Below the pieces are notes generated by a model, which was given only the letters and a program-made list of their open reading frames with translations, did not search any database and had not been told where the DNA came from. This document shows positions 12,734 through 26,200 of a stretch of DNA of 64,000 nt, piece after piece. The first letter of the stretch is position 1, and each line of letters begins with the position of its first letter. The position numbers were made by a program, and so were the translations under genes. This stretch comes from Ptychomitrium polyphyllum (lineage: Eukaryota). The stretch lies in assembly GCA_973851085.1 (NCBI GenBank), contig OZ316775.1, positions 3,224,001 through 3,288,000 on the forward strand, given 5' to 3'.

Positions 12734-13669
12734 ATGGAAGGCCTTGGTGAGAATTTTGGCACTCGAAGAACAGTGAAATTATTGCCACTACGAAGATTTC
12801 CCGGATTTGTTCAGGGAATATCTGGGGCTACGGACTGCGTTGACGTGGGCCCTAGCCCGGAAGTCTGCCAATGCGCTTCCGATCAGGTCCTCGACGAAGC
12901 GAACTCAATCCACCTTCCTGACATGGCCCAGCTCGACCAGTTGTTCGCAGGGGTTGATTTTCAGCTTGAGCACGAGTGGCAATTTGCAGCAGAAATGAGC
13001 ATCTGCACAACAGAGACTATGAGCGATAGCGAATCCAAGACCGCGCCAGCTCACCAGTCGCGCCCTGTGCTACCCCCTTCAGAGACCATCGGGATCACGT
13101 ACCATAAGAAGAATAAGCAATGGGAGGCGCATCTGTGGTTGAAGGGCCGCCAGCTTGGAAAGCGCAAGAAGAAAGGCACGCAAGTCTTTCTGGGCAACTT
13201 CGAAACTCAGGATGAGGCCAAAGCTGCGCACGACAAGGCCGCCATCAAACTCGACGTCCGCAAGACATCAAGGGGGAAGCCATATCCGCTAAACTTTCCA
13301 GAGTCGGCGCAATCCCGCTACATGGAGGAGCACGCCGACTGGACCCCGCGGGACTTTGTGTGGAAGATCCGGCGATTCTCCTACAAGTTCAGCAAGGGTA
13401 AGAGCGGCATGAAGGGAGTCAGTGTGCGCTGCCGGAAGGGCAAGCAGGCTTTCTACGAGGCAAAGATTAGTCAAACCATGGGCGATGGCGAGAAACGGAC
13501 TTTCGATTTGGGGAAGTTTGCGTGTGAGGAGGATGCGGGGCGCGCGTACGACCGCGCGTTGCTATTCCTCAAAGGTGATGATTCGGATTGTGTCACAAAT
13601 TTTCGGCCCAGTGAGTACTCCGTGCACCAAATTCAAGAGGTCGGCAGAACGCTGTTCGGAAAAGTTTGA
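12734..13669 (+). CDS. Divergent double-AP2-domain transcription factor (AP2 subfamily, ANT/WRI-like), intronless CDS
   Basis: Repeat 1 GITYHKKNKQWEAHLW...GTQVFLGNFETQDEAKAAHDKAAIKL...LNF; linker ...KIRRFSYKFSKGKS; repeat 2 GVS...YEAKI...DLGKFACEEDAGRAYDRALL..KG...TNF. One uninterrupted 311 aa ORF. Confidence 0.88.
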   Translation: MEGLGENFGTRRTVKLLPLRRFPGFVQGISGATDCVDVGPSPEVCQCASDQVLDEANSIHLPDMAQLDQLFAGVDFQLEHEWQFAAEMSICTTETMSDSESKTAPAHQSRPVLPPSETIGITYHKKNKQWEAHLWLKGRQLGKRKKKGTQVFLGNFETQDEAKAAHDKAAIKLDVRKTSRGKPYPLNFPESAQSRYMEEHADWTPRDFVWKIRRFSYKFSKGKSGMKGVSVRCRKGKQAFYEAKISQTMGDGEKRTFDLGKFACEEDAGRAYDRALLFLKGDDSDCVTNFRPSEYSVHQIQEVGRTLFGKV

Positions 13670-16281
13670 TGATTGCTGCTGAAATGGATTCCATTCAGTC
13701 AGCTTGTGATTGTTGAACAGAGTTAGCGACGAAGTGGCGATTAGTTTGGCGTATTCGTAGTTTCGAAGAATCTTGGGAGTGACAATTTCAGTTTCCAAAT
13801 CATGTCCTCAGTTCTGTGTCCGCATGGCCGTCAATAGCTGCTCAGTTTCTGTGATAAGAGCTGCCCTGGTACGCTACGTGTTTCGATTGCAATTAATACA
13901 AAGTGATTTGTATCATATGGATTTCCCTCAAAAAAGAAAAGAAAATAGAAGTCATTACCATTTCGTTATTGAAATCATTGCACACATATGTTGCAAACTT
14001 TGTATATTGGTATTTGAGTATATTTTGAAGTGAAGTTGCTTGAGATTTGAACGCGTAGATGTTGCAGTAAAGCAGGCTGCTTGAGAGTTTGAGAGCTGTA
14101 AATGTTGGAAAGAAGAACCGGTTGGTAATAGCTTTTTATCTCGATCAGGAAGGCAGAGTCATGTCTGCTGATTCATGGCAATTTTGTAAGACCATATTCA
14201 CATATTCAGGTTGTTTTTAGTGCGTCTCCTTATTGCAGTGTCGTCAGTTTTCATATCACCGGTGCTGTCACTTGTGAGCCTGAAGTTAGCACGGTCCCAT
14301 CGGACGGTCTAAGATTTGGTAGACTGGTGGACGTGAGGGTCGAATTCCAGGCTTCAGCAATGTACTGGACCGCAAACCTGAAGTTTACTTCAAAGGATAA
14401 AATATACACAAAGGACAAAGTATACACAAAAGAGTTATTTGTAAACTGAACCCTTCTTACAATTACAACCTCACAAATGATCTCACCTCCTTTGTTCATT
14501 TCGTTTGTGTTTATGATTGGAACACATAATTTAATGCCATAGTATTTCACCCACTAGAATACTACACATATTTTGATGCATGCGTTTTGAGTCACTCATC
14601 CACTTTTTGAAGTAAACAAGATGAGTTTACAAATATACCAGCTCTAAAGTTCACAAAACTTACCAAATCCCTATTATCAAAGACAAGACCAAGAGGAAAG
14701 TCTTGGCAAAGGCTTAAAGAATGACGTTTTTAACATTGTAGCAAAATACACACGCAAGATACAAACTTCCGAGCAAAATTGATTAAGGGTAACAAAAAAT
14801 AAAGACTCCAATCTTTGCGGACCCATCCCGTATACTGTATAGTATCATAAAAGAAGCAAAAACCGAAAATCAGAAGACAGTCAAACGAGCACCTCCCAAA
14901 AGTTGAAGCACCAAGGACCAAATTTGGTATATAAGGAACAACATACTCAGTCAAAAACCCAAATTGCGTTGCATTTCCTGGGAACTTTTATTGAAGCCAA
15001 AAGAAGTAGTAGCTCAACATTCTAATAAAATATAATTTCTTGCAGTAACTAGAACTGACGCTCTCGTATGGATGACCGAGCACCTTAGTGGCGGTCAATT
15101 GAAAGCACCCAATTATTTGCTCTTGTATTATCATCTGGCTGAGAAACTTCGGGAATGAACCCCGACGAGTAGACCACAAGTCAAGGCTGCTATATTTAAT
15201 TTAACTGATTAGCCAACGAAAAGCCACGGCAGTATGTGATTACACCCTACCGTGAATCTCTAGCAAACTACCAAGTTTCACTGAGATGCCGTCAATAACG
15301 AACACCCCAGCTAGCTCTTAGTGATCTGGCTTGAAAATAAGAAAATACCAGAACCGAAACCTCTAGACTCCAGTGCGTGCTTACAAGCACCCACCTCGCC
15401 TCATCACCCTGCGAGATTTTAAGGAAAGAAAAAAGGTAACTCATCCACTTCTCAATAAGCGGAGTGAGCAGTTTTGACAAAACATTCCCTGACATTTTAC
15501 AAATGGGCTTGCTTTTTCGGCCACAATCAATAATTACAGCATGTGCTAACTGACTGCCTCTAGTTTCACACCCCTAAGATACTCCATCTGCACCCTCTCC
15601 CCTCATCTAACTTGACACCAATGTTCAAGTGACCCCTCATTCAAACTTCACGACCATCAGTAGCAGTGCTAGAATTGGAGGACTACATAAAAGTTGAGAC
15701 AAAAAATCAATTAGAGCAGCTTCTCACCAAGCTTCTTCTACAACATGACTTCACCTCTAAAGGCATAGAGCAACTACTGAGAACAGATGTAAAGGGAGGG
15801 ATCAGAATGTGCCAACCACCCTTCATCCAAGCGGGGATATCAAGTTTGATAGGTACTAAGATGAACAGCAATGACGTTTGATTGTGATGTTTACCCGAGC
15901 ACACATCCAACCAACGCGTAAGAGCAATACTCCTATAGGTTCCAATTTACATGCTGTTGACTCTTTGATGCTCAACTTTAATGGATGTAAGCATGTCAGA
16001 ATATTCCCCTGAAGAATTATAGGAATGAAATCCAGTAACTCCTTCTCCAACATGCGCATCACCCTGCCCACACGTGATTACCCATCAGTGTCCAAGTTGC
16101 AGATGTTACCTGCGCAGCTCTCAACTACTCCTTTAATTGCAGGAAACAGACTATGTCCTTAGAGTACCAGGCAATCAACACTGTCACATTAATTAAAGGA
16201 ACAGTATTAAGCCACTTCGTTTTCTACAGGACTAGTTCAGAAAAGCTACGCAAGAAACGGACATCTCAGCATGTGCAATAT

Positions 16282-19185
16282 TTAACATACCTCCTCATCG
16301 TCATCATCTTCGCGCTTACGCCCAAGGACAGCAACTGGTATATCATCGTCCATGTTCTTTGCAAAACGCCCTCGAACTCGGGGGCGGCTATCTGCCAATG
16401 TTTTGCGGCAGGCGTACTGAAGAGAACATTACACAGAACCAGAAATAGTTAAGCATACAGAATTCACTTTATCAATTCAACGATAAAAAATTACTCTAGT
16501 GAGGACATAAACACAAGTCGGGTTTTATTTGTATGTCGGCTATACGACAGAAAAAGCGATAGCAACAAGTCAACTGCAAAAAAGTTGGACTACAAGTTCA
16601 CCTTGATTTTCTTGTTAAAATTGCGTTGTGTGCGCTTCTGCTGATATCTATGTATCCTTATCTTGCGCTCTTCCATACTATACTTCCCAACCCTGTAATT
16701 GCCATCCTCAAAACTTGGAGATGCACTTCCTCCCAAACCACCTTGCATGCCATTCAAAGTCTGCACACCACCAACCAAAAAATATGATGGTGAATGTCAA
16801 CATATGTGACTCTGGACCCCTGGCATGTGCAAATCGACAAAAAACAAATAAGCACAAAGCAAATAAGAGTAGATATGCGGAATGCTGCGATAACCTACTT
16901 GGATAAATCATCATAAATTAAAACCTCTAAAAACATGTACTCATATCTTCAATAGACGTATCAACTTCACAAGAACTCTACCTGTATATCCCCAGCACTG
17001 TAAACACGACGCATGCCAACGCTCATGGGGCGCATGCCGACGTTCTGAAACTCCGCCACAGTGGGCTGAAGGCGAGCTCCTGGACTCGTCAAACCTCCGG
17101 AACGGTCCATCTGCGAGTGACGGGAATTCATTCCGTTCTCGGACGAGGGTGGTGCAGGACCCATGTGTCGGAGCTGACCTAAGGCATGACTACTGTAGCT
17201 TCGCTGCATGCTCGACCGAGTCATTTGAGGCAGGGGCTGCAATCCATCTCCATCTCCATCCACCTGCAAAGAAGCAAAACCCCTCAATTACATGAAAAGA
17301 ATTCCGTTGAAACTTAGGCCATAACCACTGAAAACACTCAGTGACACAACTTATCACGATTGTCGCAACCTGCCTCAAGAGTAAAACTGATGATGACCAA
17401 ATACCTGATCATCAAAGTCGGTAGTGTCGACCCCGCTGTCTTGTCGCAGCACGCCTTGCTGCTGCTGTGAACCGTAGTAATGCTTTTCCTGCGACATTTT
17501 CATCCCGTTTTCGCCTGGGATGAGTCGCTCAACCTGCTCTTGACCATCAGAGGAACTCGGAGACAACACAGGCGACGTACTGCTGTCCTTCATAGGAGAC
17601 AGCCTACCGTTCTCTGCAGCCGCCATCAATATCTCCTGACTTCCAAACCTTGACATTCCATTTGTTGCGGGAGGCTGCGACGTCACAACCTGTGCGACGG
17701 GCGCCGTTGGTGGAGACGACATGAACGGTTTCGTCCCGGCGTTGACAGACATTGCTCGTGCAGACGGGTACGCCATCCCTGGCGTGTATCCCAAACTGGA
17801 CGTAGGCGGACAGTAGGAAGTGGGTGCCATCTGCCCAAGAGTCAATCCGTTCATCTTCTCGGAAGCCGCCATGGATGGCGACATTAAGCCAGTCTGGCTC
17901 ATGTTCATGGAGGGACTGGAAGGGGATCCCAACCCTGTCACCCCATTTCCTTGCAGATAAAGCCCAGAGATACCATATGCCATGCCCATGTTCTCGAGGT
18001 CCAATGTCGGCTTGTTAAACACGTAGTTGCTGTGAGTATTTCCATTTGAGTACGGGCCACCGTTTCCTGCTACTTCCTGCTGAAGAGTTGAATTAGGATC
18101 ACACTTCGCCTCAACCTCATCTACAAACGAGTCTCCATTAAGTAGTGTCGACTTGAAAATATCGCGCGTTTCGAATGGAGTCAAACCGGGCCCTGTAATG
18201 CCGTTAAACGTGCCATCCTGATAACAAAAACAAGGTTTTGAAATCAAAAGATATAGAACACAACAATTTTTAAGCATAGCCCATGCGTACCGACATCATA
18301 AGAATCGTGCATGCTTCACCGTGTTCCGGCCATACACATATATCTGAAGAGCTAATACGGCGTAGAACTCCAGATTTGAGAAAACTAGAACTCACTTCAC
18401 CCGTCAAGCCTACCCGAAAGCCAGATTCTTAAAGGTAGATACGCATGCAGGACATTATCGCTCATAAATTAGCTGAAGATTCTAACAAAGCAGTAGAGGT
18501 TGATGTACCGAACTCCAGAAACTCAGTTAAGTCATGGTCGGCACATGTAAAAGGTTGCCACTAAACGGAAAGATACCAAAACTTCGGGTTACTAGTAAAC
18601 ATGCAGTCTCAGCTCCACCTCCAAAACTTGCAAAAGCAGGGAGATTCGCAAAAGAAGGCCGTAACTTCGAGGTTAGGCCCAAACGGAGAATTTCAACAGA
18701 ACTAAGCTGTAAATCAACCGAGTAACGAAACAGAAAAGCTAACCACCATAAAACCGCACTTAGAGAATTCAGAACGCGAGTAATTCAAGACTTGGGACTA
18801 AAATAGAATACAGCTATTATTTTCTCCACCAAGCAAGCCACCACAGAGTGTGCTGCAGCTTCACTCTGGAGCCTTCCGCATTTCGCTAATGTTTTCCTTT
18901 GACTTGATACTGGAGAGCTACACGAGCATGTTAGGAGAACCTAGAGGAACCCCAACTCGTCCACAGTGCCGGGGACAATTAGACCGCCTTTAACCACAGG
19001 CGTCAGCAGAAAACCAGGGAAAACGAGAAACACAACAAGTGACGAAAGAAGAAACTCACATCAAGTCCACTAGCGTCGCCAAATGACCCAAAGTCAAGCT
19101 CATCAGCATTGCCAAGAAGCGCATCTGGAAAAAAAAGCGCTTCCGCTTCCGACTGATTGAGATACAGATCTTCCTCTCCAGACAT
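16282..19185 (-). CDS. CCT-motif family (CMF) protein without B-box or receiver domain
   Basis: Exons 19185-19060, 18217-17405, 17263-16982, 16760-16602, 16416-16291. CCT motif split by an intron: ERKIRIHRYQQKRTQRNFNKKIK|YACRKTLADSRPRVRGRFAKN; also RRVYSAGD. 3' end uncertain: read-through stop at 16282 or a spliced last exon at 14377-14354. Confidence 0.88.
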
Positions 19186-20229
19186 TTAGAGAGACGACGA
19201 TGAAGTGATCTTCCACGAGCAAGCCCGCGAACAACCAACCAACCAACCAACCACCCCCAAAACCGCAACCCCAACTGTCTTCTGCCTCCCAGAGAGTCAA
19301 CTTCACCGTCCCCCTGAAACTCCCATCACTCTAACCTGTTGTCCCCGCTCATGGTGACCGACTGCCTCTCTCCTACCCTTCCCCCTACAATTCACCACAA
19401 CACTAACCCACCTCTCGCCCCAAAATCCTCCGTCACGCCGCCTGCTGCAACTTCTTAAAAACACACACCTTTCCTCACAATCCTCACAAACCACCCCGGA
19501 CGCCTCACCACACCACTACAAACGCACGCTCACCAGATGCAGCTCACTCCCAGACACCACAAACGCAACCCCAACAAGCGCTCCTCCTGCCCTCGCAAAC
19601 GCAGAATTCGAGACCCGGAGAGGTGACGAACGAACGATTCTCGTGATGAGCGTCACTGGTTCTTCGGCACCGCCCACGAAAGAAGATGGAACCTGCCCAG
19701 CTGTTGGAGGGCGTGTGATGGCTTGCTGCAAAGGAGACGAAAAGGGCCGAAAGATGAGCAGCGCGAGATCGTCGACTGTGGGGGGACGCGACCGCAGTCG
19801 AGGATGTGCGATGGCGATGGCGATGCGCGAGAGGGAGCACGGAAGCGCAGCAGGAATCATCCCTTGCAACTGTAGACACACCCCCTTCTCAAGGCGGAGA
19901 GTTCTAGCCCCCACCTCCCCCGCTCCCGCCCGGACCTAGGTCGTCGATCCCGGGTATCTACCGCAACGCTGTTCCCCGTGAGTTCCCGTTGCCATCACAA
20001 CTGCCAGGGGTAAGGCAGTACGTGGGCTTCAGCGGGGAAGGGAGGTCGATACCCAAAACCGACACCACCTACAGGCGGCGTACACTTCTTTGCACGAAAT
20101 CTACTGAGAGTGCAGACGGGTCGGTGTCAGATAGTGATAAAACCGTCACTGTACTACGCAAGATTCTTCACCCCTATGGAAACACACATCTCAACCCCTT
20201 CGTTCTCAAACTTAAAATAGAACTATTAT

Positions 20230-23200
20230 TTTAAACCTCCATAATTAAAAATAATAACTTATGTTATTTAACCCACCTAATATTGTTAAGGAAACTTTTA
20301 CTTCCTATTAGTATAGCACAATATATCATATTACTCCTTATTAAAAGTTTTAATGATTTATTTGAATTCCAATGATATATGGAAACAGATGTTTTTATTC
20401 AAATGGATATTTGGAGATTAGGTAGGATGATACTCCAAGAACACATATGGAATGTTCAAAAAGAATATGTTATAAATTATATAGTATTAATTGATGCTTT
20501 GGTTATATCATATGACAAGATTTTAACATTTGGATTATATTTATATAATACATGAGTTATTTTTGGATATAGAGTAAAAATATCACATGTGTGGTAAAAT
20601 AATCTTAAATTTCATAATAATAAATCTCAAACAGAAAACATTTTCCATCCACTGAAATAATCAAGTGATTCATTTCATTTTTTTAAATGAGAAAATGATA
20701 ACAAATAATAGTCACATTATAATCATAGTAAATGAATAAAGATATAAGTGTAATCTAGTGATTTGGCATAGAAACTTCTTCAATCATTAATAGAACAAGG
20801 ATTTTATAGAAGAATTATATCTTCAAATGAAGGAATGTCCTTTTTGTATGAAGATATTGATGGAATTATTGAAAGATGATTTGTGCATAGATTCAAGATA
20901 CAGTTGGTCTTCCTTAAATATGAAGCCTTTAAAATATATAAAGATATCGCTTAAAGAGGTATAACATATAATAAATAAAAAGAGTTGATTTTTTTAAATC
21001 ACATTTATGTAAATAACATTAATTAAAGGTGCAATTTGGCAAAAAATGTAACAATCATCAATAATGAGTGGTACATATGGAATAATATAACAACTCTAAA
21101 AAATACACTAGTGACTATATTACTTTGGAAAATACTCATTGATATTATTTTGGTAAGTATATTTAATTTGGAGTTTTATTAAATCTTTTTTAATAGATTT
21201 GGAACTTAGATGATCAATTGTCATAAAACAATTTAAAATAGGTATGAACAAGCTGAAACGCTTCAATTACAGATGAAAATTCAATTTGTAGAGGTGGTTG
21301 CATCAACTCTATTTACTCGTACTATTTGAAAAAATTCATGAATTGGCAAATAAGATGTGTTCAAGTTAAATAGACACCATCAAAATGAGGAAATATTGTA
21401 CAATATGGTACATTATAGAGGGAGCATTGATAATTCTTTAATGTAATTTATACTTGCAAAAGAAGGCTACATAAAAAATCTTAAACTTTAATCCTAAATT
21501 TACTCATAGGTTATACAATTGCACATACAAATTGTTATTTACATATAATATATAAAAATAATAATACCACATAATAGTAAAAATAACAAAAATAACATTT
21601 ATCAACAATGTATTTATTAAAAAAATATATAGATTTTTGAAGTTGTCTAACATTTAATATATAATATTTATAAATGTTTTTTTTTTTAAATCACAAAAAA
21701 AGTAAACAATTAGAACATTACATCTTTCAAAGAAGGAACATTTAACAAAGATTGATTATAATTTATGTACTTTTAGAATTTACAGAATGATATGTAGGCT
21801 TCTTATAAATAATGTCGTTTTTGGATATTCTAACGTGTTTAGGCATGGACTTATTTTTCAACCACAATTACATTCTCTGTAAATTTCCATTGCTATCAAT
21901 GCAATGAAGGTGACTTTGAAACAAATGTGCATGGAAACAAAAAGATATCAATTGTAATTATGTTCCATGTAAGTTTTGTCCCTATCAATACAACATGTCC
22001 TTGAAAAATCAACTTTAAGGGCCCCAATGAGGACGGGCAAGCCACGAGTATCAAACATTGTTTTTGTTCTTTGTAGAGTCCTGTCTCCATCAATGCTAGA
22101 AGGCACCAAAAGATGGAGCAATCAGCAAAGTACGTACCATTCACAATTATAGCATTCCATGTCCTTTTGTGGCATCTTCTCAATAAATTTAATATTCTTA
22201 ATAATTTCAAAGACAAATGGCTTAATAATGATGTATGGTAAAAAGATTTCACCATGGCTCTTTAAATTTTGCAAGATTTGTTGTAAATTATGCTTTGTAT
22301 TGGCATAATAAAAGAAATAGATCTTCTAAATTTTAATTAAAGATGTATCTTAGCTTTCTTGGTATATTTGCATGCTTGAAGTGACATGTAGATATTTTGA
22401 AATAATATTTAAGGCTATGCAAGATTTACAACCAAAACAAATTATCTTATATATATTACTATTTATAAATAATCACAAAATATCTTCAAAGTAGCCAAAT
22501 CAAAATATTATTGACATTAATTGAATACATTGAATTAGCTATTTATATATGGTATTATAGGAATAAATATTTCAATTAATAATACTAAATACCATTTTCA
22601 ACATAGTGGCATCTAACCTTTCATTAATCTTTTCATGTTATAAGAAATTATTTACAAACTTGTTGGAGCAACATCATCTAGTAAGACAAATTTTATTGTT
22701 GTTTTGTTGCAATGAGTAAGGAACCAATTTAAGCCAAACACAAAGTTCATTAAATTCCAAAAAATTATAAAAGTCAGGTTGCATGTATTTTCTTGTAGAT
22801 TATAGGTTAACAAACATGGATATAATATTATTTCATTTAGTCATTCTGCTAATAACAAGAATGCCTCAAATTTGAAGGAATAATTCTATTTGGATGGAGG
22901 CATCTCCCCATCAATTTTTGCACCTTAAAATATCTTTTTAAATTTAGATTTAGTAAATACCTTGTTTATTCTCTTCCCAAATCTTGCAAAAAAATTCCAA
23001 CGATTTGCTCTTCCTTTATCAAATCCAACTATGTGTCTTCGAAGTTGGGTTGCAAGCTTTCTGACCATCGAGAGAATATGTGCTGGTTCAAGGGCCCCTG
23101 ACCTTACTAAAATTTGAAACTCAGGCTTCAGGAATTAGGAAGGCTCACGGAGAATCTCGAGAGTGCTATAATTTAGCCCTGGCTTTTCGAACTCAGAGTG

Positions 23201-26200
23201 GTTAATTATTAAGTGGGAGTTGGGTCCTGTTCGTTTTATTACCAGCTAGCTTGTCTTTCTCTTAATCAGAAGGTGGCGAGCTCAGTTTCTGCAGATCTAA
23301 ACATAAGTTAGAACTTCCCACCAGTGAGGGTTTGAGATCTTAGCAATGAAAGCAATTCCCTTTGAAAGTTCTTTGCAAAAGGATTCCAGAAACATGCTCC
23401 CCCCCTCTTCCTGACCATAGCTTTCCTGTGAACATGTGGACACGTAAAAGAGTATTTTCTTTCACCCACACTAATATTTCAATGCTCTCCACTGTTTTGC
23501 TGCTTTCCACTGTTGGCATGTCCTAGCATAGCATGTGAAGATGACATCACAGGAAGTGAGGCAGATATTTTGTGGCCTCTGTACAATGGCTTCATATGTC
23601 TACCAAGTTGAGTAAATATGTACAAATGAAATCAAATTCTTCGAGTAATATACAGTATTTGCAACTTCCAAATTTAATTGTATGATAGGTTATGAGGGTC
23701 ATGATAGGAATAAGTGAAATGCTTTCGTACAGGTCAATTGCTCTAGCGTACAGGACAGGAGAAAGTGCAAAGGAAAAAGCTAAAGTGACCTGATGGCTAC
23801 AACAACATTCTCTTCCAAATTGAAATGGAATCAAAGGATTATTCAGGCAATGTCAAAGTCCTCAGAATATGCCAGCAGTTTTTGGACTTTGTGCAATGGT
23901 TGAAACTTGACACTAGGGGCGGCTCCCATATTGTTACAACTTGGTATTGGAGCTATTAGTCACTTTAGCAGAGTTTTTCTCTAATTGTCCAGTAGGGACC
24001 ACTTTCGTATATTCTTCCTATCCACACCCAGAGCTCTGCTCATCTGGACTACTATAGTATATTTACTATCCCATGTTGATCACAAGTTCTCACCATAATG
24101 GCCACTTTGCTGCACAAAACCCTAGAGACATATTTCAGTGTTCTCTATGATTAATCATGAGAAAATCACTTTGGAATTCCATAGCTCCATCATAAGTTAA
24201 AGTGGTGCAAGACAACCATGACTCTTCTCTATTCATTGAGGACTTTCCAAAACCATTAAGATCACAATGGCTTATCTAATCTGCAAAAGACCAAGCATCC
24301 AAGTACTGGACCAAGGTATGGAAAGTTTTTAGAATGTTTCATTGTAGTGGTTTGTGAGGCCCAATCTTGACTTGGAAAATCGGTACTTTTTTTTTTGTTT
24401 AAGTTTAACAAAAATGAAGTTACACAAGCTTAGTTTCCGTTTCACTTTTTGGCCGAAAACTTTTAAATAGTAAGAAATTTTATTAAATTTATTGGGGCAG
24501 AAGCCATGGTCTTCATCCATTACAAACCATGTTCATCTCCTAATTTTAAAATATTTAAAAAATTATTTTTTAATTAAATTCATATAGATTGAACTATTAA
24601 CATAAAATTTGAATTAAAATATTTAGATGTTTTCTCTATTTTCAAAATTTTATTATATTTTTATGTACACAAGAAAACCAAATCAATTTTATTTTACATT
24701 TATTTTAAATATTGAGATTTAAAACCTTACATACAATATGTGCTTCCACTCTAGAAAAATACAAAATTACCATTTTTCCAAAAATTTGATGGCTATATTC
24801 CAAATAGAAGCAAAATTCACCATCTTTATATAGAACTAGTCTTTTGAAAATGAATAATGAAGACATCTCATATTGAATATCTAAAACAGAGCATCCTTTT
24901 GTAAAATGTGCTTTCAAAAAATAACATTTAAAAAAAAATTCAACTAAATTTAATTTATAATTCTTTTAGGACTTCATTTCTTAAATAAAAATCCAAAATA
25001 CTTTTTTTAAAATAATAAAATTATACAAAAAAAAAGACAAAAATTTAAAAGATTTTTTTCTTAACCTTTGTATCCAACTTTACAATAGAAATAGCTTTGT
25101 GAATTTTCATAATCGAATTGAATATTAAGCTGTTTGCTAAATATCCAATAATAATTACAATTAAATTATAACCAGTTTTTATTCAATGTAAAACTCAAAA
25201 TAATAGAATAAGCAAAAAATGTGACCAAAAATGCAGTTTTATGAATCAATCTTTATAAATTTGCATTAAAATATATCATAATTTGAATTGTTGTTCATTG
25301 AAATTATATGAACTTGAACCATTTAACCATGAAGTCTTTTAGTCCCTTCAAAACGTTTTTTTTCAATTCCACCTTTATGCATGGATGATTAAACTTAAAT
25401 ACAAAATTAGATATTATATTCTTGCTTTAGGATCCCTTTATTTATCTCCCTACCATGCTCAACTGCCTTAAGTCTATCCAAACTCTATTTTAGTTATAAT
25501 CAATAATTAATGCTTTTAACTTTATTTGATATAATCTACTATCATCTTAATTTCATACAAATTACACTCATATTAGTCCATAATACACTCAATTGAAATG
25601 GTGAAAACATCTTATATCAATACTAAATGTCATAAAGATTTTGAAATCATTTTAATACATGGAATTTTGGTTTTGTGTACTTTTTGTTTTATAAAATTTT
25701 GGCCAATTTTGATATTATAATGTCAATTTTGTAAACAAATTTATTTTTATAATAATATTTTTGTATTGATGAATACTTAGAATGGTGTTAAACAAATTCA
25801 TGAATTAAAACTTGCATATATAAAGTAGGTTATTTAACAAATTTTCATTATCCAAATTTTTAATCATTTCTTAATATTTAAAACATTTCAATTTTTTTAT
25901 CTAAGAAGCTTCATTATGAGATTGTGTGATTGGAACTTTTTATTATATTTTCATTTATACCTACAACCATTTTTTTTTAACTAAAAATTTTGCACTAAAA
26001 AAACTCAAATTAATTGGGCTAGTGTATAAAATATTCTATATTTACATTGAATCTTATGGATTTTTTGTATGAAAAATTTGTTAAGTATTTAAAATTTCTT
26101 CATATTTTAGCATAAATTTCTTTTACATTGAAACAATTTGATTTTTCCCTTAAAAATAAAAAATCAAATCATAATTATAATGAATGCGCATGGTATTTAT

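Noticed and set aside
19516..19939. Several 98-132 aa ORFs upstream of the CCT gene
   Set aside because: GC-rich promoter/5' UTR sequence without protein-like motifs.
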